From a virus (lineage: Duplodnaviria; Heunggongvirae; Uroviricota; Caudoviricetes): DNA of 64,000 nucleotides. A program made the translations under genes and the position numbers. The notes beneath the pieces are model-generated. The model worked only from the letters and a program-made list of their open reading frames with translations, was not told where the DNA came from and made no database searches. Numbering within the stretch: position 1 is the first letter of the stretch; every line of letters begins with the position of its first letter. Where the stretch lies: IMG/VR virus record IMGVR_UViG_3300021400_000028, positions 106,250 to 170,249 of that record; one strand, 5' to 3'. Below are positions 32,652-41,902 of this stretch, piece by piece.

Positions 32652-33473
32652 TTACTTTATATTAATAAAAGGCACAGTTCCGCCAGTATATGTAGGAAGT
32701 TCACCATTCCACTTCTCAAGAGCATACTGTCTTACAAGAAGTTCATTAAGAGATGCTGCTACAGTTCTATTATAATATGCCTCAGCATCTGCTTTAATTT
32801 TCATCGCTTTTGCTTCACCTTCTGCCTGAGCAATTGCAATTTTAGCATTTGCTTCAGCTTCTTTTACTTCATTTTCTGCGCGAAGTGCGGATTGTATTGC
32901 AGCATTCTTAGAATCGATCATCTGACGTAAGGATTCAGGTGGAGTGATCTGAGAAGTAAACTCTTTAACATGAAATCCTTCTTCAAGAAGACTACTTTCT
33001 AGCATGATACGAACTTCATCTTCAAACTGAGCACGAGATGCCATTAATTCATCAGATGTATATTTATTTGCAACAATACGATACGCATCATAAACACAAG
33101 TGCGCATATAACCTTGTTCAATATCACGAAGTGGCTTTCTATAAATGGTAAAAATGTCTACAGCTTTATCTCTTTCAATAAAGTAAGACATATAAGGATC
33201 CATTGAAAAAATTGCAGCATCTTTAGTAGTTACAGAAAATGCAGGATAGTCTACCTGTTGTACATAAGTGCTATATTTAAACACATCTGTAGTAAAAGGA
33301 TTATATACGGTATATCCGGTTACATTTGTAGCTTCAAGCTTACCTTGATCAGTTACAGAGAATTTATTAAACTTAATTCCAACTTCACTATTATCTACAA
33401 CAGTACAAGCACAAGAATTAAACATCAACATTGCAGTAAAAACTGCCATTACAATTACAAAAAACCTTTTCAT
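32652..33473 (-). CDS. SPFH/Band-7 (HflC/K-like) lipoprotein
   Basis: Signal peptide plus lipobox MFNSCAC; C-terminal coiled-coil AIAQAEGEAKAMKIKADAEAYY typical of SPFH proteins. Confidence 0.65.
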   Translation of the reverse strand: MKRFFVIVMAVFTAMLMFNSCACTVVDNSEVGIKFNKFSVTDQGKLEATNVTGYTVYNPFTTDVFKYSTYVQQVDYPAFSVTTKDAAIFSMDPYMSYFIERDKAVDIFTIYRKPLRDIEQGYMRTCVYDAYRIVANKYTSDELMASRAQFEDEVRIMLESSLLEEGFHVKEFTSQITPPESLRQMIDSKNAAIQSALRAENEVKEAEANAKIAIAQAEGEAKAMKIKADAEAYYNRTVAASLNELLVRQYALEKWNGELPTYTGGTVPFINIK

Positions 33474-33744
33474 TACTTAAAATATTTTTTTGAATCAATA
33501 TCAAACAAACCTAATAATACCTTGATTTTGTCAAGTTCATCCGTATTTGCAATTAACCTAACATTACCATAGGATTTATCTTTTGTACTAAATATAATCA
33601 GTTCCCAATTACATTCGTGCTTAACGCCAGTTTCACTAAAATCAATCAGTTCAAATGTATCATCTTTCCAATAATGTACTGTAAAATTCATTTCTACATC
33701 ACATTCGAATCCACAATTATGTAAATATTCATGTGTAAGTTTCA

Positions 33745-34893
33745 TTAGAATCCGATTTTATTAGCTTTTTTCTTTGGCTCAGAATAATCAGTCTTTTCAG
33801 AATTATAAATTTCTGCTAAAGTCATTGGCCTAATGTCTTCAATGCCAAGATTATATTTTTCATTTAATTTAGCAACCTTATCCTCAGAAAGCTCTTTGAA
33901 TTCATATTTCGCAAAACATCTACCTTTACGAAGAAGTGCTTTATCAATTCTATCTACTTCTGCATTAAATGTACAAATGAACTTAATATTAATCATATCT
34001 GACAATAATCCATCTGCCATGTTTAAGATTGTAGTAATTGCATTGTTCCAAGGATTATCAACTCTGTCCATTAAAAGTTGTTCACAATCCTCAAGAATAT
34101 ATACATAGTCTTTACAAGATGTAACATAACTGATAAAATCTGGATCCCCAAGCCTAGATGCCACACTGTTTGGAACGATTACATAATCTTTAGGGATATT
34201 GCTACATAAATGCCGTATAAGCTGGGTCTTGCCAGTACCAATCTCACCATAGAGCAATATTAAGCCACTTTCTCTCTGATTTAAGAAGTTTTCAATGTCT
34301 TGATATACTGGAAGGAAGTCATCGTTGTAATTCTCTTCAATATTTATTTTTGTGTTACGAATATCAGAAAAACTAGTATAATAATCGCCTTGACTATACT
34401 TAATTAATCCAACTTTTGCAGTTTTTTCTTCAGGTTCTTCTGCTGGAAAACTAGAATAAATTTCATGAGCTAATGTTTTTACAGAATCTAATTCATCAAA
34501 ATTAGAATCGTAATGAACACAAATTTCTTTTCTACATACGTAAACAATCTTATGGTCAGCTATGATAATTAAAGAATTTCCAATTGGTTCCAAATTCATT
34601 AATATGTTACCATCAATTTCTTTAAATGTAACAGAAGATTCTCCTTTTTCTAAATCAGTTTCTTCGAAATCTTCTGATTCTTCTATTGCCTCATTGTAAT
34701 AATATCTTACATATTCTACATTTGTGAACAAATGTTTAATTGTATCAAAATTTATCTTAGATACATCTAACATTTTAGAATCATCGTCAATGTCCAAATC
34801 GTACTTAGATGGAATCACATTAAATAAGACCGTATATAGCTGATCTGTTATAAGTGTTCCATTACTACTAAACGCTTGTATTAAATTATTCAT
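33745..34893 (-). CDS. AAA+ ATPase
   Basis: Walker A LLYGEIGTGKTQLIRHL; Walker B-like VYILED. Confidence 0.6.
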   Translation of the reverse strand: MNNLIQAFSSNGTLITDQLYTVLFNVIPSKYDLDIDDDSKMLDVSKINFDTIKHLFTNVEYVRYYYNEAIEESEDFEETDLEKGESSVTFKEIDGNILMNLEPIGNSLIIIADHKIVYVCRKEICVHYDSNFDELDSVKTLAHEIYSSFPAEEPEEKTAKVGLIKYSQGDYYTSFSDIRNTKINIEENYNDDFLPVYQDIENFLNQRESGLILLYGEIGTGKTQLIRHLCSNIPKDYVIVPNSVASRLGDPDFISYVTSCKDYVYILEDCEQLLMDRVDNPWNNAITTILNMADGLLSDMINIKFICTFNAEVDRIDKALLRKGRCFAKYEFKELSEDKVAKLNEKYNLGIEDIRPMTLAEIYNSEKTDYSEPKKKANKIGF

Positions 34894-35338
34894 TAATTTG
34901 ATCTTTTATTGAAATTAAAAATTGCTGTTGCATAATTTCATTTATATCTCGAAATGCAGTAATTGTACCATCTTCTTCTTTATATCGAAGTACATTGTTT
35001 TGTATATAGAATTCATAAGGTTCTTCTTCAAATTCTATCTTTAAAGGATTGTTTTTAATAACAATATTATACAATTCTGCTTCTCATTTAGAGAGTTTAC
35101 TTTCTTTCTTTTTAGAGTTATCAACCAAATCAGGTGCTCACTTTCTTAAAATATCCCCAATTTGTTTCTTTGGAGGCATTCCTAATTTCTTTTGAATATT
35201 AACGTATGTTCATCCTTTAAGTCTTAAAGCAATGATACATTTTTCAAAATCATTACATTCTGGATATTCATTAGAGATATCGTCACAACATTTATAAAAT
35301 CCAGAAGTTAATTCTTCATATTTTTTTCTGTAATCCAT
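34886..35338 (-). CDS. putative HTH DNA-binding protein (3 in-frame TGA)
   Basis: Hand translation MDYRKKYEELTSG...GWTYVNIQKKLGMPPKKQIGDILRKW... continues into track ORF 34886..35074. Confidence 0.4.
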
Positions 35339-35661
35339 TTTAGAAATTCCTTATTATTTTCTAATACCTGTGTATAAGCATAATGTAATTGATTAATCTT
35401 ATAAATTAATTCATTAAACTCTTGTAAAGAAAGTTGTTTTACATTTTCATTACGTTCTGAAGTAAATCCTAAAATCCATTCAGGATTCTCCCACTCATTT
35501 GTATCCTCTGAATAAATAGTAACATTTGATGGTATAACTTCCCAAAAGTCAATACCGATTCGCTTTTCATTACAGATAATACGATAAACAATAACATGCT
35601 TTTTATTTCCTTCTTCGTACCAATATGTATTGTTATACTTTTTTAAATTTTCTGATATCAT
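35308..35661 (-). CDS. hypothetical protein
   Basis: 117-aa ORF. Confidence 0.4.
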   Translation of the reverse strand: MISENLKKYNNTYWYEEGNKKHVIVYRIICNEKRIGIDFWEVIPSNVTIYSEDTNEWENPEWILGFTSERNENVKQLSLQEFNELIYKINQLHYAYTQVLENNKEFLKWITEKNMKN

Positions 35662-35699
35662 ATCTTTAGATAATTAAACCTCCACTTGTGATGGAGGTT

Positions 35700-36105
35700 G
35701 ATAAATTGATTATATTTATTAAATACATAGCACCCTATCTCCGTGTCGAGCAGAGTTCTTCGGTTTTGCTTACTTATCTCTTGTATTTATACTTTTTGAT
35801 AAGCTTGGACTATATCTTCACCGTATCATTATGACTTAGGTGGATCTGCATCTAGTCTCTACGGCTGGAACATTACTCCCTATGCCTCGGTGTTGTTGTT
35901 TATACAGTTTTCACCGATATTCAGATCTCCACTTTATAAATTTCTTTATAAAGGCTCCATTTTAAACTATAAATCTAGCTAAAGACCGAGGTTTTAGCCA
36001 TCGTAAACTAATAGGGTGTATATTATATTATTTGTGGTATATTTCAATGAAAGGATTCTATTTTAAGCAGATATAGTGAATTGCTGTAAATTTATTGTTA
36101 TATAA
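35700..36105 (-). ncRNA. group I intron-like RNA element (host gene unresolved)
   Basis: Non-coding ~400 nt, GC-richer. Minus strand carries an R-like CCGTAGAGACTAGATG and an S-like GGTGAAGATATAGTCCAAGC (Cech consensus S is AAGATATAGTCC), homologous to the intron in tRNA-Leu. 3' side ends at hairpin 35677-35700. Confidence 0.45.
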
Positions 36106-36181
36106 AATTAGAGATTGGATTCGAACCAATGTTATGCGGAAGACTTAACTTCCGGTAACTTAACCACTCAGTCACTCTAAT
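36106..36181 (-). tRNA. tRNA-like gene, atypical anticodon arm (6-bp stem CGGAAG/CTTCCG with 6-nt loop TTAAGT, or 5 bp with 8-nt loop)
   Basis: Perfect 7-bp acceptor ATTAGAG/CTCTAAT, D-loop GAGTGGTTA, T-arm ATTGG TTCGAAT CCAAT; the anticodon cannot be assigned canonically. Confidence 0.45.
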
Positions 36182-36209
36182 TTTATATAACAAATATACA
36201 AAAAATATT

Positions 36210-36641
36210 TTACTTTTCCAAATATTTTTTGATAAATTCATTGATATCGAAATCTTTACTCAGAGTATCGAGTTCAAGCTGTCTTGCCACTTTGGCGTAA
36301 TCCGGATATTTAATTGAAGGGTGTTTTATGCACTTAACGACTTTTTCCTCAGAATACTTATTAAGTAATTCATCAGTTTCCTTCCAACTCCATCCATAAA
36401 TAATGGACATTTCCATTGAAGTAAATCGATTTTCATTATCTTTCCACTTCAATATGATTTCTTTTGCAGCCATTAGCAAACTTTCCAATTTATCCTGATC
36501 TTGGAGAAAAGCCTTGATTTCACCATTAATCTTAGACTTGTTGCTCTTTTCATAAGCTTCATTAGCTACCTTCTGTTTTTCATCAAACTTCTCCTTGAGA
36601 AGACTGATGACTGCATCTTTTTGTGCTCTTGTAATCTTCAT
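36210..36641 (-). CDS. hypothetical protein
   Basis: 143-aa ORF. Confidence 0.4.
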   Translation of the reverse strand: MKITRAQKDAVISLLKEKFDEKQKVANEAYEKSNKSKINGEIKAFLQDQDKLESLLMAAKEIILKWKDNENRFTSMEMSIIYGWSWKETDELLNKYSEEKVVKCIKHPSIKYPDYAKVARQLELDTLSKDFDINEFIKKYLEK

Positions 36642-36645
36642 AATA

Positions 36646-37133
36646 CTAATGATTTAAAATATTTTTAGCTAATTGTACATCTTCTTCTGTTAATCCTACA
36701 TATGAATTAATATGAACGAAATGTACTTTTTGTTCTTCTGTAAAATCAGTTCTATCGTCAATTATGACATAATTAATAATTTCAGGATGTTCTTTTAACC
36801 AAATTTCAATTTCTTCACCTCTTGAAAGATGTACTCTGTAAATTATTGGCGTACAATCAATAATCCAATCCAATCCAGCACTATCCAATCTACTTTTCCA
36901 ACCAGAAGAATATCTCCAATCGGAAGAAATAACAACTCTTGCATTAGTTTCTTCACAAAGTTTATTAATTCTACCTACACATAAAGGATCTACATCTTCT
37001 TCTCCATTTAGATTACCTGGATTTCTATCATCAATATACCATTCAGAATAATTAAGAACACCATCAACAAACGTCGAGAAAGATTACCTTTGATATTAAG
37101 GTAATACCTTCTCGACTATCTCTATTTTGGTTC
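36646..37133 (-). pseudogene. HAD-family phosphatase, frameshifted (4-nt insertion inside HAD motif I)
   Basis: ATG at 37133 reads MNQNRDSREGITLISKVIFLDV then shifts frame; the downstream frame reads DGVLNYSEWY...VVISSDWR...IIDDRTDF. Removing TGTT restores LDVDGVL. A 17-bp imperfect palindrome (37062-37104) covers the N-terminal codons. Confidence 0.4.
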
Positions 37134-37388
37134 ATTACAATATAGTATTTTATTATTTTGATGTATTTCTGTATTTGTTAAAGGCTTTTCCATACGGAAT
37201 CTAAAATCACGTAAATCTGGACCATAACACACAACAATACATCTTCTTGTGATATCCATTATCCAACCTTCAAATAATTCTTCATCATATACCCAAACAG
37301 TATCAAATATTTCTAAATCTTTAATTGTTTTTTGAGGAATTATTTTAGGTTCTTGTTCTTTTGGTTTAAAAAGATTTATTATGCACAT
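37122..37388 (-). CDS. hypothetical protein
   Basis: 88-aa ORF. Confidence 0.35.
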   Translation of the reverse strand: MCIINLFKPKEQEPKIIPQKTIKDLEIFDTVWVYDEELFEGWIMDITRRCIVVCYGPDLRDFRFRMEKPLTNTEIHQNNKILYCNEPK

Positions 37389-37424
37389 TAAAATAATTAG
37401 TTTTTTATAATATTATAGAATATG

Positions 37425-37497
37425 TACTCCGGCTGCGATTCGAACGCAGGACCCACAGCTTAGAAGGCTGTTGCTCTATCCACTGAGCTATCGGAGC
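37425..37497 (-). tRNA. tRNA-Arg(TCT)
   Basis: D-arm GCTC AGTGGATA GAGC, anticodon stem ACAGC/GCTGT with loop CTTCTAA, T-arm CTGCG TTCGAAT CGCAG, 6/7-bp acceptor. Confidence 0.7.
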
Positions 37498-37506
37498 AAC
37501 AGTTTA

Positions 37507-38631
37507 TTAATGCAAAGCACAGAGAACCCCAGAACAATTACTAATATCAAGTTTAAATTTATCTGCCCATTCTTTAACAAAAGGTTTTAGTTCTTTAGTC
37601 AAATTACAATTGCCAAAACCATGAATTTGACGAACTTTCTTATCTGGAGTAACATCAATTGTAAAATAAGGCTTATCTAACTCATTATTTTTACGCAAAA
37701 ACAAAATATATTCGTTTCCATTACTCACAGAATTTATATAAGAACCAACACAATGATGTAATTCAGAACCTTCTGTAATTAAATCTGAAACATCAGAACA
37801 CGCAATTATAGAGTATTCGTCATTCTTAAATTCAAATTCTTTTGCTTTTGGATAAAATTGTGCAATATATTTATCATTACGTTGCTTATCTTTAAGAATT
37901 TGAATTTCTTTTAAATATCTGTAATAAATATTAGTTAATTTATCATGCCACTCTTTTAATTTATCGATTTTAGGAGTCTTTGGCGCACATTCTATATAAT
38001 TAACATTTAATAATGATTCTCGAAGCAATAAATAATCTCTATACATTAATGCTACACCGAATAATGAATCCTTCGAAATTTCATTCATTATTGTTTCATA
38101 ATAGTTCAGAATTTGACGATCTCCTAAAAATCTTAATGCTACATTATAAGTATAAAGAACTCTTAAAACATTTATTGTATCAGCCATCGAATAATTATTA
38201 TTGTGTAGCATCTCGAAAAGCCCTTTTTCTGGATATTCAGTATACTCATAAACCTTAGATATTATATTTAAAGAACATCCACAATATGCATCTTTAATAT
38301 TATCAGCTGATTTATTCGGAATATACTCCAATGGAGAAGTCATCATTGCTCCACAAAAACACATTTTTGGAAATCGAGTTTCTGCAATATCGTACAGATT
38401 CGTATACAATTTTGGATTAATAGTTAATATTTCTTTTAAATCATTTAAGAAATAACACTCTCCTAATACCTTTGAGAACACACGTTTAATTTCTTTGTTA
38501 TCCGAAATAATTGTGTAATGAAAATTATTTATATAAGGAAAATTAATATTTGTAATGGATTTAATTTGTGTATCCTTAACTCCAAAATCAATAAAGTCGT
38601 AAGTATCAAGATTGTTTAAAAAAAGGCCCAA
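37507..38631 (-). CDS. hypothetical protein
   Basis: 374-aa uninterrupted ORF. Confidence 0.45.
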   Translation of the reverse strand: MGLFLNNLDTYDFIDFGVKDTQIKSITNINFPYINNFHYTIISDNKEIKRVFSKVLGECYFLNDLKEILTINPKLYTNLYDIAETRFPKMCFCGAMMTSPLEYIPNKSADNIKDAYCGCSLNIISKVYEYTEYPEKGLFEMLHNNNYSMADTINVLRVLYTYNVALRFLGDRQILNYYETIMNEISKDSLFGVALMYRDYLLLRESLLNVNYIECAPKTPKIDKLKEWHDKLTNIYYRYLKEIQILKDKQRNDKYIAQFYPKAKEFEFKNDEYSIIACSDVSDLITEGSELHHCVGSYINSVSNGNEYILFLRKNNELDKPYFTIDVTPDKKVRQIHGFGNCNLTKELKPFVKEWADKFKLDISNCSGVLCALH

Positions 38632-38835
38632 GATCTACCATGTCCATCTGTTATAACAAGATCAATATCTGGATAATTATTTAAATTGATTATAATCGCT
38701 TCTTCAGGATACTCTTTTGTATAGTTCCTTTTTAATTCTCTGAGTTCCGTAATTGTTCGCATTATTCATCTTCTTTATCTAATTAAATCACGTTGCTAAA
38801 GTTAAGATTCAACTAAAACAACGTGATTTAATAAT

Positions 38836-39105
38836 TTACCAACTGATAATTACATTTCCATCAATTGTAACAGTTTGTTTGTAACCAGCGTTCTTAATAA
38901 TTTTGTTCAGACTAGCCATCATTTCTGCGCATTCATACAGATTTTCAGCACCTTGAATCATCTCGTTAAGACAAATAGATACCTCACGATTGCCAGTCTC
39001 TGCAACAGTATTAATAAGTGTACTGAGTTTGTTTTCTGCATTTCTAATCCAATTGCTACGATTTACCGCCTGAGATTTAGAAACAGCCACATTTGCATTA
39101 ATCAT
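38836..39105 (-). CDS. hypothetical protein
   Basis: 89-aa ORF; a 13-bp inverted repeat lies downstream at 38780-38830. Confidence 0.35.
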   Translation of the reverse strand: MINANVAVSKSQAVNRSNWIRNAENKLSTLINTVAETGNREVSICLNEMIQGAENLYECAEMMASLNKIIKNAGYKQTVTIDGNVIISW

Positions 39106-39158
39106 AATAAATTAGGTTTTAAAGTTAATAAATAAAATAGCGCTTCAGTCACATTGAG

Positions 39159-39235
39159 TAGGGAAGGTGGGATTTGAACCCACGTGCAACCAGCTACGGT
39201 TTCGACACTTTATAAGAGTGAGCCGATACTTCCCT
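39159..39235 (-). tRNA. tRNA-like gene with non-canonical D/anticodon region
   Basis: Perfect acceptor AGGGAAG/CTTCCCT and T-arm GTGGG TTCAAAT CCCAC, but the 45 nt between cannot be folded into standard D and anticodon arms. Confidence 0.35.
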
Positions 39236-39246
39236 GTTTAAATTAA

Positions 39247-39516
39247 TTAAATTCGTATAAATCTTAATACAACAATATCTTTGTATGTTTTAATTGCAAA
39301 CTTTGCCATATTTTCATCAATCCACACAATTAAAACATTTTGATTATTTATTGTTTTAAGTTCATAGCGACTGTCTTCTGTACCATAAAAATAAAATTGA
39401 CACAATTCTTGTCCAACCGTGTATTCAATGTAATATTGTGGTGGTTCTTCAAAAACAATAGTTTTAGAACAACTAAAAACGCACAATAAAGTTAAAATTA
39501 AAACTAATCTTTTCAT
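39247..39516 (-). CDS. small lipoprotein
   Basis: Signal peptide plus lipobox LLCVFSCSK. Confidence 0.5.
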   Translation of the reverse strand: MKRLVLILTLLCVFSCSKTIVFEEPPQYYIEYTVGQELCQFYFYGTEDSRYELKTINNQNVLIVWIDENMAKFAIKTYKDIVVLRFIRI

Positions 39517-39623
39517 AACAACAATATATTTGTCTAGATGACAGGTGCTGCCCCTGCTTCATACTAATTCCCAAAATTAGTGTCTATAAGCTGACTGACT
39601 CCATCTAGATTTATAAAATTATG

Positions 39624-39697
39624 GGGGTTGTGATGGAATTGAACCACCATCTCCCGAACCACAATCAGGAATGCTAACCATTGTCACCAACAACCCC
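39624..39697 (-). tRNA. tRNA-His(GTG)
   Basis: Extra G-1 paired to C73 (8-bp acceptor GGGGTTGT/ACAACCCC), anticodon stem CCTGA/TCGGG with loop TTGTGGT, T-arm GGTGG TTCAATT CCATC. Confidence 0.75.
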
Positions 39698-39703
39698 ATT
39701 TAA

Positions 39704-40036
39704 TTACAATAATTCTAACTCTTTCATTAGAATTTCTGCAATAAGATTTAGATTCATTTTAATTTGCCAATAAATATCAATTTTCTTTTCTATTTGCTGA
39801 CAAGGCCAATCAACAAGAATAACTTCATATTCTGTTCTTGACCAAAATTGATACATTGCTTCTTTATTAACAAATTCAACAAAATCCACTCTTGTTACAG
39901 GAACCTTAAAATATTCAGAATCAGGATATTCCTTTTTCTTTTCAACAACTTCATTATAAGCGTCTACAAAATAAGGAATTATGTTATATGGTACAAATTC
40001 CTTATTATTAAAATCATAAATAATAACATTAAACAT
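39704..40036 (-). CDS. hypothetical protein
   Basis: 110-aa ORF. Confidence 0.4.
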   Translation of the reverse strand: MFNVIIYDFNNKEFVPYNIIPYFVDAYNEVVEKKKEYPDSEYFKVPVTRVDFVEFVNKEAMYQFWSRTEYEVILVDWPCQQIEKKIDIYWQIKMNLNLIAEILMKELELL

Positions 40037-40051
40037 AACATAATAGATTTA

Positions 40052-40123
40052 GAGGCTCTGCCGGATCCCGAGACCGGTACTAGGGGTTACAAATCCCTTA
40101 TTTTGCCTGTTAAACTACAGAGC
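40052..40123 (-). tRNA. tRNA-Thr(TGT), atypical T-loop
   Basis: Acceptor GGCTCTG/CAGAGCC, anticodon loop TTTGTAA, T-arm CCGG TCTCGGGAT CCGG is non-canonical. Confidence 0.5.
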
Positions 40124-40149
40124 CATCGTTTTTAAATAAATAAATGCAG

Positions 40150-40222
40150 TTGCGAGAGCCGGGACTCGAACCTGGGACCTCTGGCTTATGAGACCAGCGA
40201 GCTACCAACTGCTCTACTCCGC
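40150..40222 (-). tRNA. tRNA-Met(CAT)-like, imperfect acceptor stem
   Basis: D-arm GAGC AGTTGGTA GCTC, anticodon stem CTGGT/GCCAG with loop CTCATAA, T-arm CCAGG TTCGAGT CCCGG; the acceptor pairs poorly (possibly degenerate). Confidence 0.45.
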
Positions 40223-40233
40223 AATGTTTAGCT

Positions 40234-40306
40234 ATGATGAGAGGCCTCGAACCTCCATTCCCTATTGGGCAACCTTTATGAAGAATGCCTTCCTCTTCTT
40301 CCATCT
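40234..40306 (-). tRNA. pseudo-tRNA / tRNA-like fragment
   Basis: T-arm-like GGAGG TTCGAGG CCTCT and partial acceptor GATGGAA/TCTCATC; no U8, no foldable anticodon arm. Confidence 0.25.
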
Positions 40307-40436
40307 GATATTATCTCGTGGCGCAAGTATGCCACTTCCTTGTCACATCATAGTATATATCTGTCTATTCCAGATTGCCAAGTCTGTTATTTATTTATGA
40401 CGAGAGTACAATACTAACTATCTCACCAGATTTCTA

Positions 40437-41048
40437 TTACGGCCACTCTCCGAGAGGCATTTCAAACTCAGGACCAAAAGCGGGATTGTCTTTACTTACT
40501 TCACCAGTAACAGCATCTACATAGATTTGTGCTCTAGAGTTACCAAAAATCCACTGAGGATTACAATCTTTTGGACCAATTTCTTTTCTAAGAACCACCT
40601 GGCGACTATGAGGTTTTGGAAGATTAACAGACATTACCTTATCATAAGCTTCTTTAAAAGTAATCTTAATGATCTCTTCGTTAAGAGGATAATCTTCAAC
40701 CCAGAAACCATGCACAGAATCGCTAGTGGTACCTTCTACTGTATGTTGATACTTATATACAATAGTATCAAAACTTGTAGAATCAAATTGTTCAACAACC
40801 TGAAAGACATTAACTACCATTTCGATAGTACCATCGTTTTCTTCATCAAGCCAGTCCTTAAGAACTACGCCTGTTTCATACCAACGATAATTTTCACCAT
40901 TGTCAAGATACATTGTCTGTCTATCAGAAGAAATAGTATTCTCAACTACGATTTCAGGTGTGACATAATTAGTTTCTTGGGTGCATTTGCATGAATTAAA
41001 AACCAATCCAATCATCAAAGCACCCACTAAATAAATAAACTTTCTCAT
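40437..41048 (-). CDS. lipoprotein
   Basis: Signal peptide plus lipobox LVFNSCKC; 203 aa. Confidence 0.5.
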   Translation of the reverse strand: MRKFIYLVGALMIGLVFNSCKCTQETNYVTPEIVVENTISSDRQTMYLDNGENYRWYETGVVLKDWLDEENDGTIEMVVNVFQVVEQFDSTSFDTIVYKYQHTVEGTTSDSVHGFWVEDYPLNEEIIKITFKEAYDKVMSVNLPKPHSRQVVLRKEIGPKDCNPQWIFGNSRAQIYVDAVTGEVSKDNPAFGPEFEMPLGEWP

Positions 41049-41049
41049 T

Positions 41050-41730
41050 AAATTATATTTAAAGTTAAAAGCATCTTTATTTACTGAAATTAATATTTAA
41101 TGTGTTATTACACCAAAGAATCCATTGATTATCCGCTGCCGCAAACACTCCAGCTATTAACTCTGGGTGCATCCGCCAGAGGTATTTCTACCTGAAGGTC
41201 ACTTCCTTCCCGGAACGATTCACTCTTTAAATGATGGACACCTCTAATCCAACATTTTAAATATTAATATAAACCAGACTCTTACGCGGTCTGGTGTTTA
41301 CGTCCGATTTACAATAATTACGGAATATGGTCTACCTAGTCCCATACATACTGCTTAAACGTTTAGTAGTCTAGTGCACTCCTGGAGAATTACCTCGTGG
41401 GCTGTTGCCTAACCTTTGATATACAGGTTGATTCTGCTATTATACTTTGATATACAGGTCGTTCTGCACTTTTAGGCTCATGGATTCACGTTTCTACTCT
41501 TAATACAATCCATTTTTCCGTTGTTTCAGCTTACGTCTATCGTTACGATTTATACTACGGATAGGTTTTAAACATTTTTCTACTTTTTAACGGAAAGAAT
41601 ATTTTAGTATCCGTGATGTTTATTGTGAACATACTGACAGTTATTCTAATATTAACTGACAAAAATACGCAGACAGATTCCATCTATTTTATATGTTAGT
41701 CCTGTCCAACCCGACATATGATGATTATTC
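41050..41730 (-). ncRNA. large structured non-coding region, possibly a group I-like element
   Basis: ~680 nt without ORFs, GC-richer. Direct repeat CTTTGATATACAGGT x2 (~41413 and ~41443). Minus strand has a weak R-like GGGACTAGGTAGACC and S-like GCGTAAGAGTCTGG. Confidence 0.3.
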
Positions 41731-41902
41731 ATCATCTTCTTCGAACTTACTCAATTCATCGAACTTTTGTTGCTTTTTTCAATCAGCACGATAATCTTTC
41801 TTATCCGAATACTTTTTTTCTTTAACTACTTTTTTAGTTTTCTTGATTTTACGAGGTCTTTCAAGTTCCTCCTCGTAATGTTCAAGTTCATAATCACTAA
41901 CT

